From the NCBI GenBank assembly GCA_965112735.1, contig OZ218955.1:1302001-1366000 (forward strand): 64,000 nt of DNA, given 5' to 3'. The notes below the pieces were generated by a model that was not told the origin of the DNA, did no database searches, and saw only the letters and a program-made list of their open reading frames with translations. Of the stretch, positions 16,487 through 28,775 are shown piece by piece (position 1 is the first letter of the stretch; every line of letters begins with the position of its first letter). Source of the stretch: Phaeosaccion multiseriatum (lineage: Eukaryota; Protista; Ochrophyta, other classes). The position numbers were made by a program, and so were the translations under genes.

Positions 16487-19413
16487 TCATGTGCAAGGCA
16501 CCCATGCCGGACTACTCGGCCCGTCGCCTGCTGCCGCTGCTACTCCTGGCCCTCCCCGCCACCCCTCGTCCTTGTCGGCGGGATGGCAGCACACGGTCAG
16601 CGATGGCGCCGACGCGAAGGAGGGCCACGCGCATGCCTGGGCGGCGTCTGACGGTTTCACAGCTGGCGTTTTCAGATTGGGACACTCTGAGGCGGAGAAC
16701 AGGTCACACGCCTCGCAGGAGCCGTCGCTCGAGGAGGGCGGTGTGGAAATCGCCACGTCCTGTGTGTGTGTGTGTGTGTGTGTGCGTGTGTTGTGTGTGT
16801 GTGTGTGATGCGTTAGGGTGCGGGGCATTCGATCGGTTGGGTGGAAAGAGCGGAACGGGTGAAGGGGGTGAAGGGAGTGAAGAAGGGAGGGAGGGATGGG
16901 AAAGGAGGACGCCAAGGGAGGGGAAGGGGCGTGTGAGTGTGAGCAAGAGAATGGACACACCAAGAGCCCATAGGGGGAAGCGTTGAATCAGCCAACTCTT
17001 CAGAGAGAGCCCGAAGAGCCTCTTCCTCCTCGTCCTGTCCTTCTCTCGCTCGCGCCTCCTCACCTCGAGGGAATACACTCGAACGTAGTCCACCTCCAGC
17101 ACCTGCGGCACGCTCTCCAGCCACTGGGCAGAGGGGGCAGCGCGTCCGCCTGTCCTGGCGGTAAGCGGTCCTCCCACGGCCAGGTTGAGGTTGATGGAGA
17201 AGGGCCGATCGAAGGGGGCGGGGCGGTGGTGCACGCGATCATCCTCGGACGCCTGCGTGAACCACTGCCGCTCTGTATGCGTTAGTTCTCCGTCGATACG
17301 CCATCTGTGACCGGCCGGAGGGGGCGTGCGGATGAGAAATCGACACATGTGGTGGATGGTGTAGCATGCGCCGCTCGTGAAGCCCCCCTTTCATCAGGCC
17401 CCGCGTCGCCCACCCCTCATACCACCACACACATCCTCACCCACCTAATCTCTTCCGGAGTCCACTCTACCGCATACACGTGGACGCCGTCGACGGTCTC
17501 ACGCAGGGGCGTCACCATCTCCCTCTTCCTTCCGTACGGCCAACCCTGTCCATAGTTGATGCGCGACGCCACCTCCGTCTGGTCGTTGGCCGCCCCCAGC
17601 AGCTTGATCTCGCCGGACTGGGGCCAGCCTCCGTACTCGCCCACGAGCGTCGGGCAGGCCTCCCCGGTAGCGTCCACGTCTGAGCGTGGGGAGCAAGGAC
17701 AAGGGCGACGGCAAGGGTGAGCAAGGACGATGGACAGTCGCAGCAGCAGCAGCAAGAGGCCGGAGGGAGGGAGGGAGGGAGGGAGGCCCCTTGCCTCTCT
17801 CAAAGAGCAGCAGGCCTCTCTCAGAGGGTGTGCAGCAGTGGGCAATGTAAGGTAAGGCACCGCATGCTTTGTCCTTACTGCGGCGTCGGACGGCGGCGTC
17901 TTGTGCTTCCCCTTTCCTTCTCGCGCCACTCCTGCCGCCCTCTGCCCATCTCTTCCCCATGCCTCTGGGGCGAGCAAAGCCGGTGATGGGGGCTTGAGGA
18001 TGGCCAACTCTCGCTCTACCCGGTTAGACTCGCTAGACTGAGCTAATGACTCCTCAGTCTCACCCGCTTGCGTGCAAAACGCACTCTCCTCGTTCACTGG
18101 AGCGTGGAGGAGCCAAATGTTGGACCAAATGCCCTGCCCCCCCTGGGGGAGCTTGACCCTGGCCTCGAGAACTCCGTATGTGAAGTCAAACTTCGTTACT
18201 GTGGAGAGTTTGGCGGAGGTAAAAGGGAAACTCTGCAGGCCATCAGCGGGGTCGATGGTGTACTGACACGCCTCCGCCCCGTGCTTCTCCACGCAATCAG
18301 TGAGCAGCTAGAGGGGGGGGAGAGCGTAGGCGAGAGAGAGGGATGGAGAGAGGAGTGGGGGAGAAAAAGAGGGAGAGAGAGTAGTAGTAGTAGTAGTGTA
18401 TGAGGGTGTGTGTGTGAGAGAGGGGGAGAGAGCGAGGAAGAGGGACTGTGTGCGAAGGAGGGAGAGAGATGGACCGACACAGCGAGTAGAGCCAAGTGTA
18501 GGTGGGAAGCAGAAAGGATAGGCCAGTGCTGTACCGGAGCTTCAACCCCCCCCCATTCGCGCCATTTGCATCTCCGCACCTTCATGTGAAGCTTTCCGTC
18601 CTCCACCCAAGAGTTGTCCGTGGAGGCCGAGAAGTACTGAGAAGGGAGGCAAGCAGGGCAGGATGTGAGATGTAAGGGCGTCACTTCACGTCCACCAAAA
18701 TGGAACAGGCGCGTGTGGGGGGGAGAGATGGAAAGGGGGGTGTATCTACAACAGAGGCTCCCTCGCATAGAGGGAGGGGGGCTTAATTAAACCCTGAAAG
18801 AAGAGGTGTGAGGCATTGCAAGCAGCCACGCACCTACCTCGTGCTCCCCGCTGCCCCAGCCGCAGATGCGCGGGGTGGGCTCGTACTGGCAGCCGTTGCC
18901 GACCATCCGCGTCCATTTTGTCTCGTCGAGAGAGTCGCCTTGAAAGTCATCGAAGAAGATGGTGGCGGCGCAGCGATCGTACGCAGCATCCATGCCTGGG
19001 GCCTTCCAGCCGCAGTACCTGCACCCGCTATCTTCGATACAGCCCCGACCTGACGTGGCCACATGCAGCAGATAATCAATCCGTGTGGGGGGGTTGATTA
19101 GGAGAGGTTTCGTGCCTTAGAGAGGGGAGAAGGAAGCGTACAAGCCAAGTTCATCAGGTAAATGCAAGCCCTTCTCCAGCTTACCACCAGGGCAGCCCAC
19201 GGGATCGAAGACGCAGCGAATTTCCCCATAATAGCCTGTTTGGTGTGCACATTCACCCAAGCCCAAGTCGTAGCAGTCGTCTGTGGAGGAGGGATCGGAA
19301 GGGTGATTCTCTTCTACGCTGAGGCTCGGTACTTCGCGTCTGAGCCGAGACGACGTAGCAGCGAGCGACACAAGCAGAAGCAGGAGCAGCAACTTCGTCT
19401 GTGCTTCATGCAT
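16487..19413 (-). CDS. Secreted GH16 (beta-1,3-glucanase-like) protein with Cys-rich N- and C-terminal modules; catalytic motif degenerate
   Basis: Signal-peptide-like KLLLLLLLVSLAATSS, Cys-rich CVFDPVGCPGGGRGCIEDSGCRYCG, then IFFDDFQGDSLDETKW..CGWGSGEHEYF, FTSAKLST..FTYGVLEARVKLPQGGQGIWSNIWLL, GGWPQSGEIKLLG, HVYAVEWTPEEIRWRIDG, APFDRPFSINLNLAVGG, LEVDYVRVY. About 7 exons with GT-AG boundaries. Confidence 0.88.
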
Positions 19414-19576
19414 CAACTCGTCAACCGCTGTGGACTCCTTGAGCAAGCTTCAAGGTTTACAATTGAAGGACCAACATGTGAAGGATACGTGAAGAGCGAC
19501 GGGCTCACAATGATTCACTTCCTCTACTCACAACCTTCTCTCGCCTCCTCAGTTTCCATTTCTGAAAGCACAAGGC

Positions 19577-21902
19577 ATGCAACCCATCACCGTGCGGCAG
19601 GAAATATGCCTCGAGGTACGACACTGCCCCGGGTTTTCTCCAAGATGAAGGGGCGGAGTATGGTAGTCACCAGTCAACGAGTCTTTAAGGAGCGAGGGGG
19701 AGAAGGGGGGTGCCCAGCGATGTTTCCTTCAGCCCAGCCCATCCCAACCCATAGTCTTACCCTTACAGCTGTCTCATTGCTCTTTCACTCCACCAGGGAA
19801 GGCGACTCTATCTGGCCATCGTTGGAATGGTAAGCCTCTCCACTATGAAAGCGTTGGTTAGGAAGCTCGTCGCCAAGCACGGCAAAGCGATATTGGAGAA
19901 GCCTATCGACGAAGAAGGCTATACGGCTATGATATGGGCTGCGAGACGCGGTCGGCTGGACGTTGTGGACCTTCTGCTGCAGGAGGGGGCCTCCTTCAGC
20001 ACCGGGGGAGGGTCGCACGGGATCACGCCATTGATAGAGGCTAGCCGGCGGGGACACAACGAAGTGGTGAGGCGGCTGTTGGATGTCGGGGCCCGTGTAG
20101 ACCAGGTCGATCTCAACGGAGTGACGCCTTTGATTATGGCTGCCGCTAATGGGCGCTCCACAACTGTGCAGCACCTCCTTCTGGCGGGGGCCGGTGTCAA
20201 TGCTGCTAATAATGAGGGATGTACTTCGATCCGGGAGGCTTCTCAGAATGGGCACACCTCCATCGTGGAGCGACTCATTGCAGCGGGCGCGGATGTGAAC
20301 AAAGTAGACGACATCGGAATGACTCCACTCGTCCTGGCGTCCCAATTCGGGCATGGGGGTGTGGTGCAGCGGCTTATCACGGCCAACGCCAAGATCGAAA
20401 GGGCTGATGAGAGCGGCCACACTCCACTGTGGGCAGCCTCGGAGTACGGGCATACGTCCATCGTGCAGCAGCTCCTCGATGTGTATGCCAACGTGGAGGC
20501 CCAGAGCCACAAAGGCTTTACTCCTCTCATGATCGCTGCTCACAGAGGACGCTTGGCCGTGGTGAAGCTACTTTTGGCTGCAGGGGCGGACGTACTCGCG
20601 TCCGACGTCGAGGGCGCCACTCCTCTGCACATGGCCGCTCATGAAGGTCAGGAGGCAGTGGTGGAGCGGCTTCTTTCTGCGGGAGCAAAGGTGGAGACAG
20701 CGGACAACGGTGGTGCAACACCCCTCCACATGGCCGCTCAAGAAGGTCACGACGCCGTGGTGGAGCGGCTTCTTTCTGCGGGGGCAAAGGTGGAGACAGG
20801 GACCCCCCATGGTGTAACACCCCTCCACCTTGCTGCTCAAAAAGGTCACGAGGCCGTGGTAGAGCGGCTTCTCTCTATGGGAGCAAAGTTGGAGACAGCG
20901 ACCAACAATGGTACAACACCCCTCCACCTTGCTGTTGTAGGAGGTCATGAGGCCGTGATGGAGCGGCTTCTCTCTATGGGAGCACGGGTGGAGACAGCGA
21001 CTAACAGTGGTGCAACACCCCTTCACTGGGCTGCTGAAGAAGGTCAGGAGGCAGTGTTGGAGCGCCTTCTCTCTGCAGGAGCAAAGGTGGACACAGAGGA
21101 CAGCGATGGTGCAACACCCCTCTACCTTGCTGCTCAAAATGGACACGAGGCCGTGGTGGAGCGGCTTGTCTCTGCAGGAGCAAAGGTGGAGACAGCGAAC
21201 AAAAATGGTAAAACACCCCTCCACCTTGCTGCTGAAAACGGTCAGGAGGTCGTGGTGGAGCGTCTTCTCTCTGCAGGAGCAAAGGTGGAGACAACGAACA
21301 AACAGGGTGCAACACCCCTCCACTTTGCTGCTGGAAAAGGTCACGAGGCCGTGGTGGAGCGGCTTCTCGCTGCAGGAGCAAAGGTGGAGACAGCTGAGAA
21401 CGATGGTGTAACACCCCTCCACCTTGCTGCTCATGGAGGTCACGAGGCCGTGGTGGAGCGGCTTCTCGCTGCAGGAACAAAGGTGGAGACAGCGAGTAAC
21501 GATGGTATAATACCCCTCCACATGGCCGCTCAACAAGGTCAGGAGGCCGTCGTCGCTCGTCTCATCTCTGCAGGATCCCCGATCGATGCCCAGAGATCGA
21601 ACGGCTGCACCCCACTGCTTTCCGCCATCCTCAACAATCATCCCGGCACTGCACGGCAGCTCCTCTCGGCCGATGCCTCGGTGGACAAGGTCTTGGCTGG
21701 GGCACGGAGGCATCAACTCGGCCCAGAGTTTGAGCAGCGGCTCAGAGACGCAGCAGCGGCCTTCTTCCGATCGCAGAGTACGCTGGACCTGATGCGAAGG
21801 AGTGACCCGACCTTCTGCAAGGAGAAGGGGATTCCGCCGCTGGAGAGGCCCTGGAGTGTCGGGAGCGAGGCGTGGGAGAGCATGGCGGAGGAAATGAGCT
21901 GA
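19577..21902 (+). CDS. Ankyrin-repeat protein A4 (18 repeats + conserved tail, ~714 aa)
   Basis: Putative exon 1 19577-19615 (MQPITVRQEICLE|GT), acceptor CAG at 19796, exon 2 19797-21902 in frame. A block of highly similar 99-bp repeats spans ~20610-21600. Confidence 0.9.
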
Positions 21903-23370
21903 AGTCAAGAGTAGTTTCAGGCCATGGGGAGTATGGGCATACCACGATGCGATGCCAGAGAGGCACCGTCCATGGCACTTTCAGATCGACTTGGCGGGAA
22001 TGACTTTGGGATCGAAGCAAAAGGAACGGGGTCGGGGGGGGGGGGGGGGATTCAACAGGTGTAGTAAACAGATTCACATAGGGGTAGCTAACAAATAGGT
22101 TCAATACAGTGCTCGAGTTTTGTTAGGCGAAGGATTTTGTTCGGGTAAGATGCACATCGGGAGTTCCGCTCGCTCGGGTGGGCGGAGGCATTCCAAAATC
22201 GAGATACGATATGCCCATAAGGTTCTTGGGTCGGGCGCCGCAGGCGGGCACAGCAATTGGTCGTAGATTGGAGGGGGCACAATTCCCCTAATCTCCGGCA
22301 CAAGCGCATACGCGAAGGTGATGCCAGCAGTGGGGTGCTGTGCTCGGGTGGAGGCAAAGGCAAGCCACACGATCATCGAGGCAGCTGCTGTGCAGTCCAG
22401 TCGAAGCAATACCCACTCACTCACACTCACACTCACTCACTCACTCACTCACCCTCACTCACTCACCCACTCACTCACTCCCGTCATCGAGCAGAGTCTT
22501 GTGAGCCACCGCTGCTCCCTCCATTGGTTCCTATCGTCTTCACAAAGGCTTGCCTTCGGCGAGAGCAACACTCCGCTACAACGTAACCATCAGCGCATGT
22601 CTGTCGTGGGATCGTCCTATCCATCTTCACTTGAAAAAGAGGCAAACGAACTCGGTCCCCACCCCCCCCCCGAGGCGAGAGGACTTCTATGGGGCTTACG
22701 TAAGCCTTCTGCAGACCCTTATGTAGGCCTTTGGTTAGTCCTCACGTACACCTCTGTTGGCCTGTGGAAGGGTCAGGTCAGGACTTGGAGGGTGTCGACG
22801 CCAAGCAAGTGCCAAGCATTGACTTAACAGTAGCTCTTGTATCCTCAGCTTTCTCGCGTGCAACTAAAGAACCTGAGTAGCATGGATGTTGGTGCTCGCG
22901 TTAGTTTGCATTACTGCTACAAACCTTAAGGCCTTACTCTTGGGGGAGGAAAAGGGGTCAGGACCTGGAGGGGCCTAACGCTCCAGCAGTTTCAGTCTCA
23001 GTTTCAGTCTCGATGCCCCCCCCCTCCTCCCCGTGGTGGACCTGCCCTTGATCGCGCTCATACACGCCCAGTGGGCGGGGCAAAGTGGTAAGAGACGACT
23101 GAGGACTGAGGCGTGGGGACTGATGTCTGACCACTGATAACTGAGCAACTGAGCACGTCAGGACGCGAGGCCGTCTTCCCTCAATCAACTCTCCCTTCCC
23201 CCCCCCAAAGCCCAGGCGTAAAAGCCGCCCGTGAGGAGACGAAGAAGGAAGAGAGGGGGGAGAGGGAAGGACCAGCTGTTGGAGGGAATGCTTGCTGCAA
23301 TCACTCACCCAACTTCCTCCGCCATATGCACTGGGCAACACATGGCGCGTCGCTCGTGCTCGTCTGTACA
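21903..23370. repeat. ~1.5-kb duplicated 3' flank of A4 (second copy ~26373-27905 after A5)
   Basis: Both copies start gaagtcaagagta.. at the ankyrin stop and share long near-identical stretches, including (CACT)n and ccatcttcacttgaaaaagaggcaaacgaactcgg. Confidence 0.9.
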
Positions 23371-24486
23371 CACGGCCGACGATGATTCGAGTCAAGACGT
23401 ACGGAGGAGATGGGCGGGAAAGCTTCGCGCGTCGAGAGCGAAGTATCATGGAACATCACATCGAGCAGCGGTACATGGCGGCGGGAGAGTGAACAGCGAG
23501 AGCGGTGCGAAAGAAGTGGTGCTTCTCTAGGGCCTGAGGACGCTCTGGAGAGGGGCGCCATGGGTCGTGTGTGGCACAGGGGGTGCTGCTGCCTCGACAA
23601 AGTGTGAGTGGGGGGGTTGCTGCATGAACCTGCAGACTTCGTATGGGTTTTACTCTTCAAAGGAGGGGGGCAGGCTAGGTAGGAGGCGTTCTAGGCGCGC
23701 GCGCACACACACACACACACACACGCACACACAAGTTGGCAATTGAAGGACACTACACGTCGCAGATAAGTGTATATCCGAGAGGAAAACTTGAGGGGCC
23801 CTCTTGGACAAGCCTGTGTATGGAGAAACGCCCGTGTGTCGTGTCGCGAGTCGTCAAGCGGTGCAATCAACGGGAGCGAGAGCGACGCTGTCGACTGGCC
23901 TTGCACTCGCTCTGTGCCATCCATGGGTCTCCGAGTCACGCACGTCTCGCACCCACCCCCCACTGTGAAAGGCATCAGACAGATAGATATAAGTGAATTC
24001 CCTCACATGGGGAAGGACCCACAACCCCGACGAGAAAGGAAGAAATGGCTGCCTACGCCTGGGCCATTGACATATTCTGGGCTCCGTGCCTCTTCATTTG
24101 TATGCGGGAATGTAGCAAAGGGAAAGGACCCTGATAGGCAGAGCGTGGAAAGCTCTTGAGAGAGCCCTCCTTACTCTTCACTTGTAGTGGGGCACGCCTG
24201 GGGAGGAGGGGCTTGTCTTGAGTCAGGATTTGGTCGGCTTGGTTCCCCCCCGCTCTCACCTAGCTTAGCGCCGCGTTGGCCTCTCCTTGTACAGAGAGTA
24301 CGAAGAAAGGACCGTGACAGGCTGTGAGGACAACGCGGCGAGGGAGCCCTCCTTCCCCGACACTTTTCGTGCGACACGCCTGAGGGGGACGGGCATCGCC
24401 TGCTTGGTTCCCCCGGTTTTCTCTTCCCCCCGCTCTCGCCCTCTCCTGCGAGAGGCTGGGGATCGGCAGGTCAACCCGTCCTCACC

Positions 24487-26372
24487 ATGCCTCAGCAGGC
24501 CAGAGCACCCGAGGTAAGGCACAGCAGGGGCTCGCTCGGTGACCTGTCGTTGGAGCGAGGTAGATCATGTGAGGGTAGCGAGCGGAAATGAGTCTCCCTT
24601 TCGAAGGGGAGCGCGCCCAGCGTAAGCGGATGACAACGTGGGAGGGCCTTTGACGAAATGCTCCTCCAGTCCAGTGTACTGAGCGCGATTCGCCATTCCC
24701 CACCTTTGCTTGTCGCCCTCACTGCCTTCTCTCCCGAACGCTGCACGCATGGACAAGCAAGATGCAACGACTCTGTCAGGCCATCGCTGGAATGGAAAGC
24801 CTCTCCACTGTGAGAGCGCTGGTTAGGAGGCTCGTCGCCAAGCACGGCAAAGCGATCTTGGAGAAGCCTGTCGATGAAGAAGGCCTTACGGCTATGATAT
24901 GGGCTGCGGTTTGCGGTCGGCTGGATGTGGTGGACCTTCTACTGCAGGAGGGGGCCTCCTTCAGCACCGGGGGAGGGTCGCACGGGACCACGCCATTGAT
25001 AGAGGCTAGCCGGCGGGGACACAATGAAGTGGTGAGGCGGCTGTTGGATGTCGGGGCCCGTATAGACCAGGTCGGTCTCGAAGGGTTGACTCCTTTGATT
25101 GTGGCTGCCGCTAAAGGGCACTTCACAACTGTGCAGCACCTCCTTCTGGCAGGGGCCGGTGTCAATGCTGCTGATAATAGGGGATCTACTTCGATCTGGC
25201 TGGCTTCTCAGAATGGGCACACCTCCGTCGTGGAGCAGCTCATTGCAGCGGACGCGGATGTGGACAGACCCGACCATCACGGAAGGACTCCACTTTTCCT
25301 TGCGTCCCGATTCGGGCATGAGGGTGTGGTGCAGCGGCTGATCAGGGCCAACGCCAACATCGAAAGGGCTGATGAGAACGGCCACACTCCACTGTGGGCA
25401 GCCTCGGAGTGCGGGCATGCGTCCATCGTGCAGCAGCTTCTCGATGAGCATGCCAACGTGGAGACCAGGAGCAACAAGGGCACTACTCCTCTCGTGATCG
25501 CTGCTCACAGAGGACGCTTGGCCGTGGTGAAGTTACTTTTGGCTGCAGGGGCGGACGTACTCGCGTCTGACCCCGGGGGCTTCACTCCTCTGCACGTGGC
25601 CGCTCAAGAAGGTCACGAGGCCGTGGTTAAGCGGCTTCTCTCTATGGGAGCACGGGTGGAGACAGCGGAGAAACATGGTGCAACACCCCTCCACCTTGCT
25701 GTTAGAAAAGGACACGAGGCCGTGGTGGAGCGGCTTCTCGCTGCAGGAGCAAAGGTGGAGACAGTGGACAACCGTGGTACAACACCCCTCCACCTTGCCG
25801 CTGAACAAGGTCACGACGCCGTGGTTAAGCGCCTTCTAACTGCGGGAGCCAGAGTGGAGATAGGGAGAACCGATGGTGTAACACCCCTCCACCTTGCTGC
25901 TGGAAAAGGTCACGACGCCGTGGTTAAGCGCCTTCTCTCTGCAGGAGCAAAGGTGGAGACAGCGGGTAACGATGGTGTAACACCCCTCCACCTTGCTGCT
26001 CAAGAAGGACACGAGGCCGTCGTCGCTCGTCTCACCTCTGCCGGATCCCCGATCGATGCCCAGAGATCGAACGGCGTCACCCCACTGCTTGCCGCCATCT
26101 ACACTAATCATCACGGCATTGCACGGCAGCTCCTCTCGGCCGATGCCTCGGTTGACAAGGCCTTGGCTGCGGCACGGCGGAATGGACTGGGCCCTGAGAT
26201 TGAGCAGCCGCTCAGAGACGCAGCAGCGGCCTTCTTCAGATCCCAAAGCGCACTGGACCTTATGCGAAGGACCGATCCGACCTTCGATAGGGAGAAGGGG
26301 ATTCCACCGCTGGAGAGGCCCTGGAGTGTCGGGAGCGAGGGGTGGGAGAGCATGGCGGAGGAAATGAGCTGA
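24487..26372 (+). CDS. Ankyrin-repeat protein A5 (13 repeats + conserved tail)
   Basis: Exon 1 24487-24513 (MPQQARAPE|GTAAGG), exon 2 24762-26372. The acceptor is AAG, which is less canonical, and there is an in-frame ATG at 24762. Confidence 0.88.
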
Positions 26373-27905
26373 AGTCAAGAGTACTTTCAGGCCATGGGGA
26401 GTATGGACATACCACGATGCGATGTGAGAGAGGCACCGTCTATGGCACATTCAGAGCGACTTGGCGGGAATGACTTTGCGAGCGAAGCAAAAGGAACGGG
26501 GTTGGGGGGGGGGGGGGGATTCACACAGGGGTAGCTGGCAAATAGATTCAAAACAGTGATTGAGCTTGTGAGGCGAAGGACTTTCTTTGGGTACGACGCA
26601 CATCGGCAGTTCCGCTCGCTCGGGTGAGCGGAGGCATTCCAAAATCGAGATACGATATGCCCATAAGGTTCTTGGGTCGGGCGCCGCAGGCGGGCACAGC
26701 AATTGGTCGTAGATTGGAGGGGGGCAGCGCCCCAGATAAACCACAAAGTAACACACAGCGGAAGTGGTCGTAGATTGGAGGGGGCACAGTTCCCCTGATA
26801 GCCGGCACAAGCGCATACGCGAAGGTGATGCCAGCAGTGGGGTGCTGTGCTCGGGTGGAGGCAAAGGCAAGCCACACGATCATCGAGGCAGCTGCTGTGC
26901 AGTCCGGTCGAAGCAATACCCACTCACTCACTCACACTCACACTCACTCACACTCAATCACTCACTCACCCTCACTCACTCACCCACTCACTCACTCCCG
27001 TCATCGAGCAGAGCCGTGTGAGCCACCGCTGCTCCCTCCATTGGTTCCTACCGTCTCCACAAAGGCCTGCCTTCGGCGAGAGCAGCACTCCGCTACAACG
27101 TAACCATCAGCGCATGTCTGTCGTGGGATCGTCCTATCCATCTTCACTTGAAAAAGAGGCAAACGAACTCGGTCCCCACCCCCCGCCGAGGTGAGAGGAC
27201 TTCTATGGGGCTTACGTAAGCCTTCTGCAGACCCTTATGTAGGCCTTTGGTTAGTCCTCACGTACACCTCTCTTGGCCTCTAGAAGGGTCAGGTCAGGAC
27301 ATGGAGGGTGTCGACGCCAAGCAAGTGCCAACCATTGACTTACCAGCAGCTCTTGCGGCCTCAGCTTTCTCGCGTGCAACTAAAAAGCCTAAGTGGCATG
27401 GATGAAGTAGCTTTTGCATTACTACTATACCTAAAGGCCTTACTCTTGGTGGAGGAAAAGGGGTCAGGACTTGGAGGGGCCTACCGCTCCAGCAGTTTCA
27501 GTCTCAGTTTCAGTCTCGATGGTATCCCCCTCCCGCCCCCGTGGTGGCCCTGCCCTTGATTGCGCTCATACACGCCCAGTGCGCAGGGCACAGTGGTGAG
27601 AGGGCATTGAGACTTAGTAAGAGGCGACTGAGGACTGAGGAGTGGGGACTGATGTCTGACCACGGACAACTGAGCAACTGAGCACGTCGCTCAGGACGCG
27701 AGGCCGTCTTCCCTCAATCAACTCTCCCTTCCCTCCCCAAAGCCCAGGCGTAAAAGCCGCCCGTGAGGAGAAGACGAAGGCAGAGGGGGGGTACAGGGAA
27801 AGACCAGCTGTTGGAGGGAATGCTTGCTGCCAAACACTCACCCCACTTCCTCTCCCATGAGCACTGGGCAACATATGACGCGTCGCTCGTGCTCGTCTGT
27901 ACACA
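26373..27905. repeat. Second copy of the A4/A5 3' flank duplication
   Basis: Aligns by eye to 21903-23370 and carries an extra internal duplication of ggtcgtagattggagggggca at ~26705 and ~26767. Confidence 0.88.
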
Positions 27906-28125
27906 TGAGGGAGTACATTGGGCATGCCCCTATGCCTCTGCCAAGCTGTCAAGGCGCCCCTCTCTGTCTGTTCTGCTGTCTTCCTCCTCTGCTGACTCTC
28001 TCTCTCCCTCCGTCTCGGTCTGTGTCCCTTCCCGCCTCAGCTCTCTTTGGACTCTGTGTTTGTCCGCCGCGCGAGTTCGTTCCTGCAATGGCATTCCGAA
28101 AATTGTGCAGCACAGGAGACATATA

Positions 28126-28467
28126 GAGGGAGGGAGGGAGGGAGGGAGGGAGGGAGGGAGGGAGGGAGGGAGGGAGGGAGGGAGGGAGGGAGGGAGGGAG
28201 GGAGGGAGGGAGGGAGGGAGGGAGGGAGGGAGGGAGGGAGGGAGGGAGGGAGGGAGGGAGGGAGGGAGGGAGGGAGGGAGGGAGGGAGGGAGGGAGGGAG
28301 GGAGGGAGGGAGGGAGGGAGGGAGGGAGGGAGGGAGGGAGGGAGGGAGGGAGGGAGGGAGGGAGGGAGGGAGGGAGGGAGGGAGGGAGGGAGGGAGGGAG
28401 GGAGGGAGGGAGGGAGGGAGGGAAGGAGGGAGGGAAGGAGGGAGGGAAGGAGGGAGGGAAGGAGGGA
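28126..28467. repeat. (GGGA)n microsatellite
   Basis: Visible run. Source of the (GGRE)n and (PPSL)n ORFs. Confidence 0.95.
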
Positions 28468-28775
28468 GGAGAGCACGTTAGAGGTGGCCGCGCAGAGGGG
28501 AGCAAGCGTGAGAGGTGGCAGGCAAGAGTGCAGCGCTTGGCAGTGGAGGACAAGGCCAGAGGGCGGGGTACAGGCCCGTCTGTACCCCTCCTCACTACCC
28601 CCTGCCTTCTGCTGCTCTCTATTCCTCCGTCTCTGTCCCTCTTCTCCGCCCCTCCTCTTTTACTCCTCTCTGCCCCCCTTCCTGCGCAATACTCGAATGA
28701 ACAAATGGACCCAGACAAACCAACCACTAGTTTTTCCTCCCTCGTACGTAAGGTCTAACGACTGCGTAAACTGTG

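Noticed and set aside
20610-21600. Diversity-generating retroelement (AAY-like variable codons) or CRISPR-like array
   Set aside because: The repeats are in-frame 99-bp coding units without unique spacers. Third-position adenines in variable codons stay fixed, unlike DGR A-to-N mutagenesis, and no template repeat or RT gene is seen in the window.
20568-21908. 446-aa antisense ORF and similar shadow ORFs over the other ankyrin genes
   Set aside because: By-product of a stop-free reverse frame in GC-rich tandem repeats, with no independent protein features.
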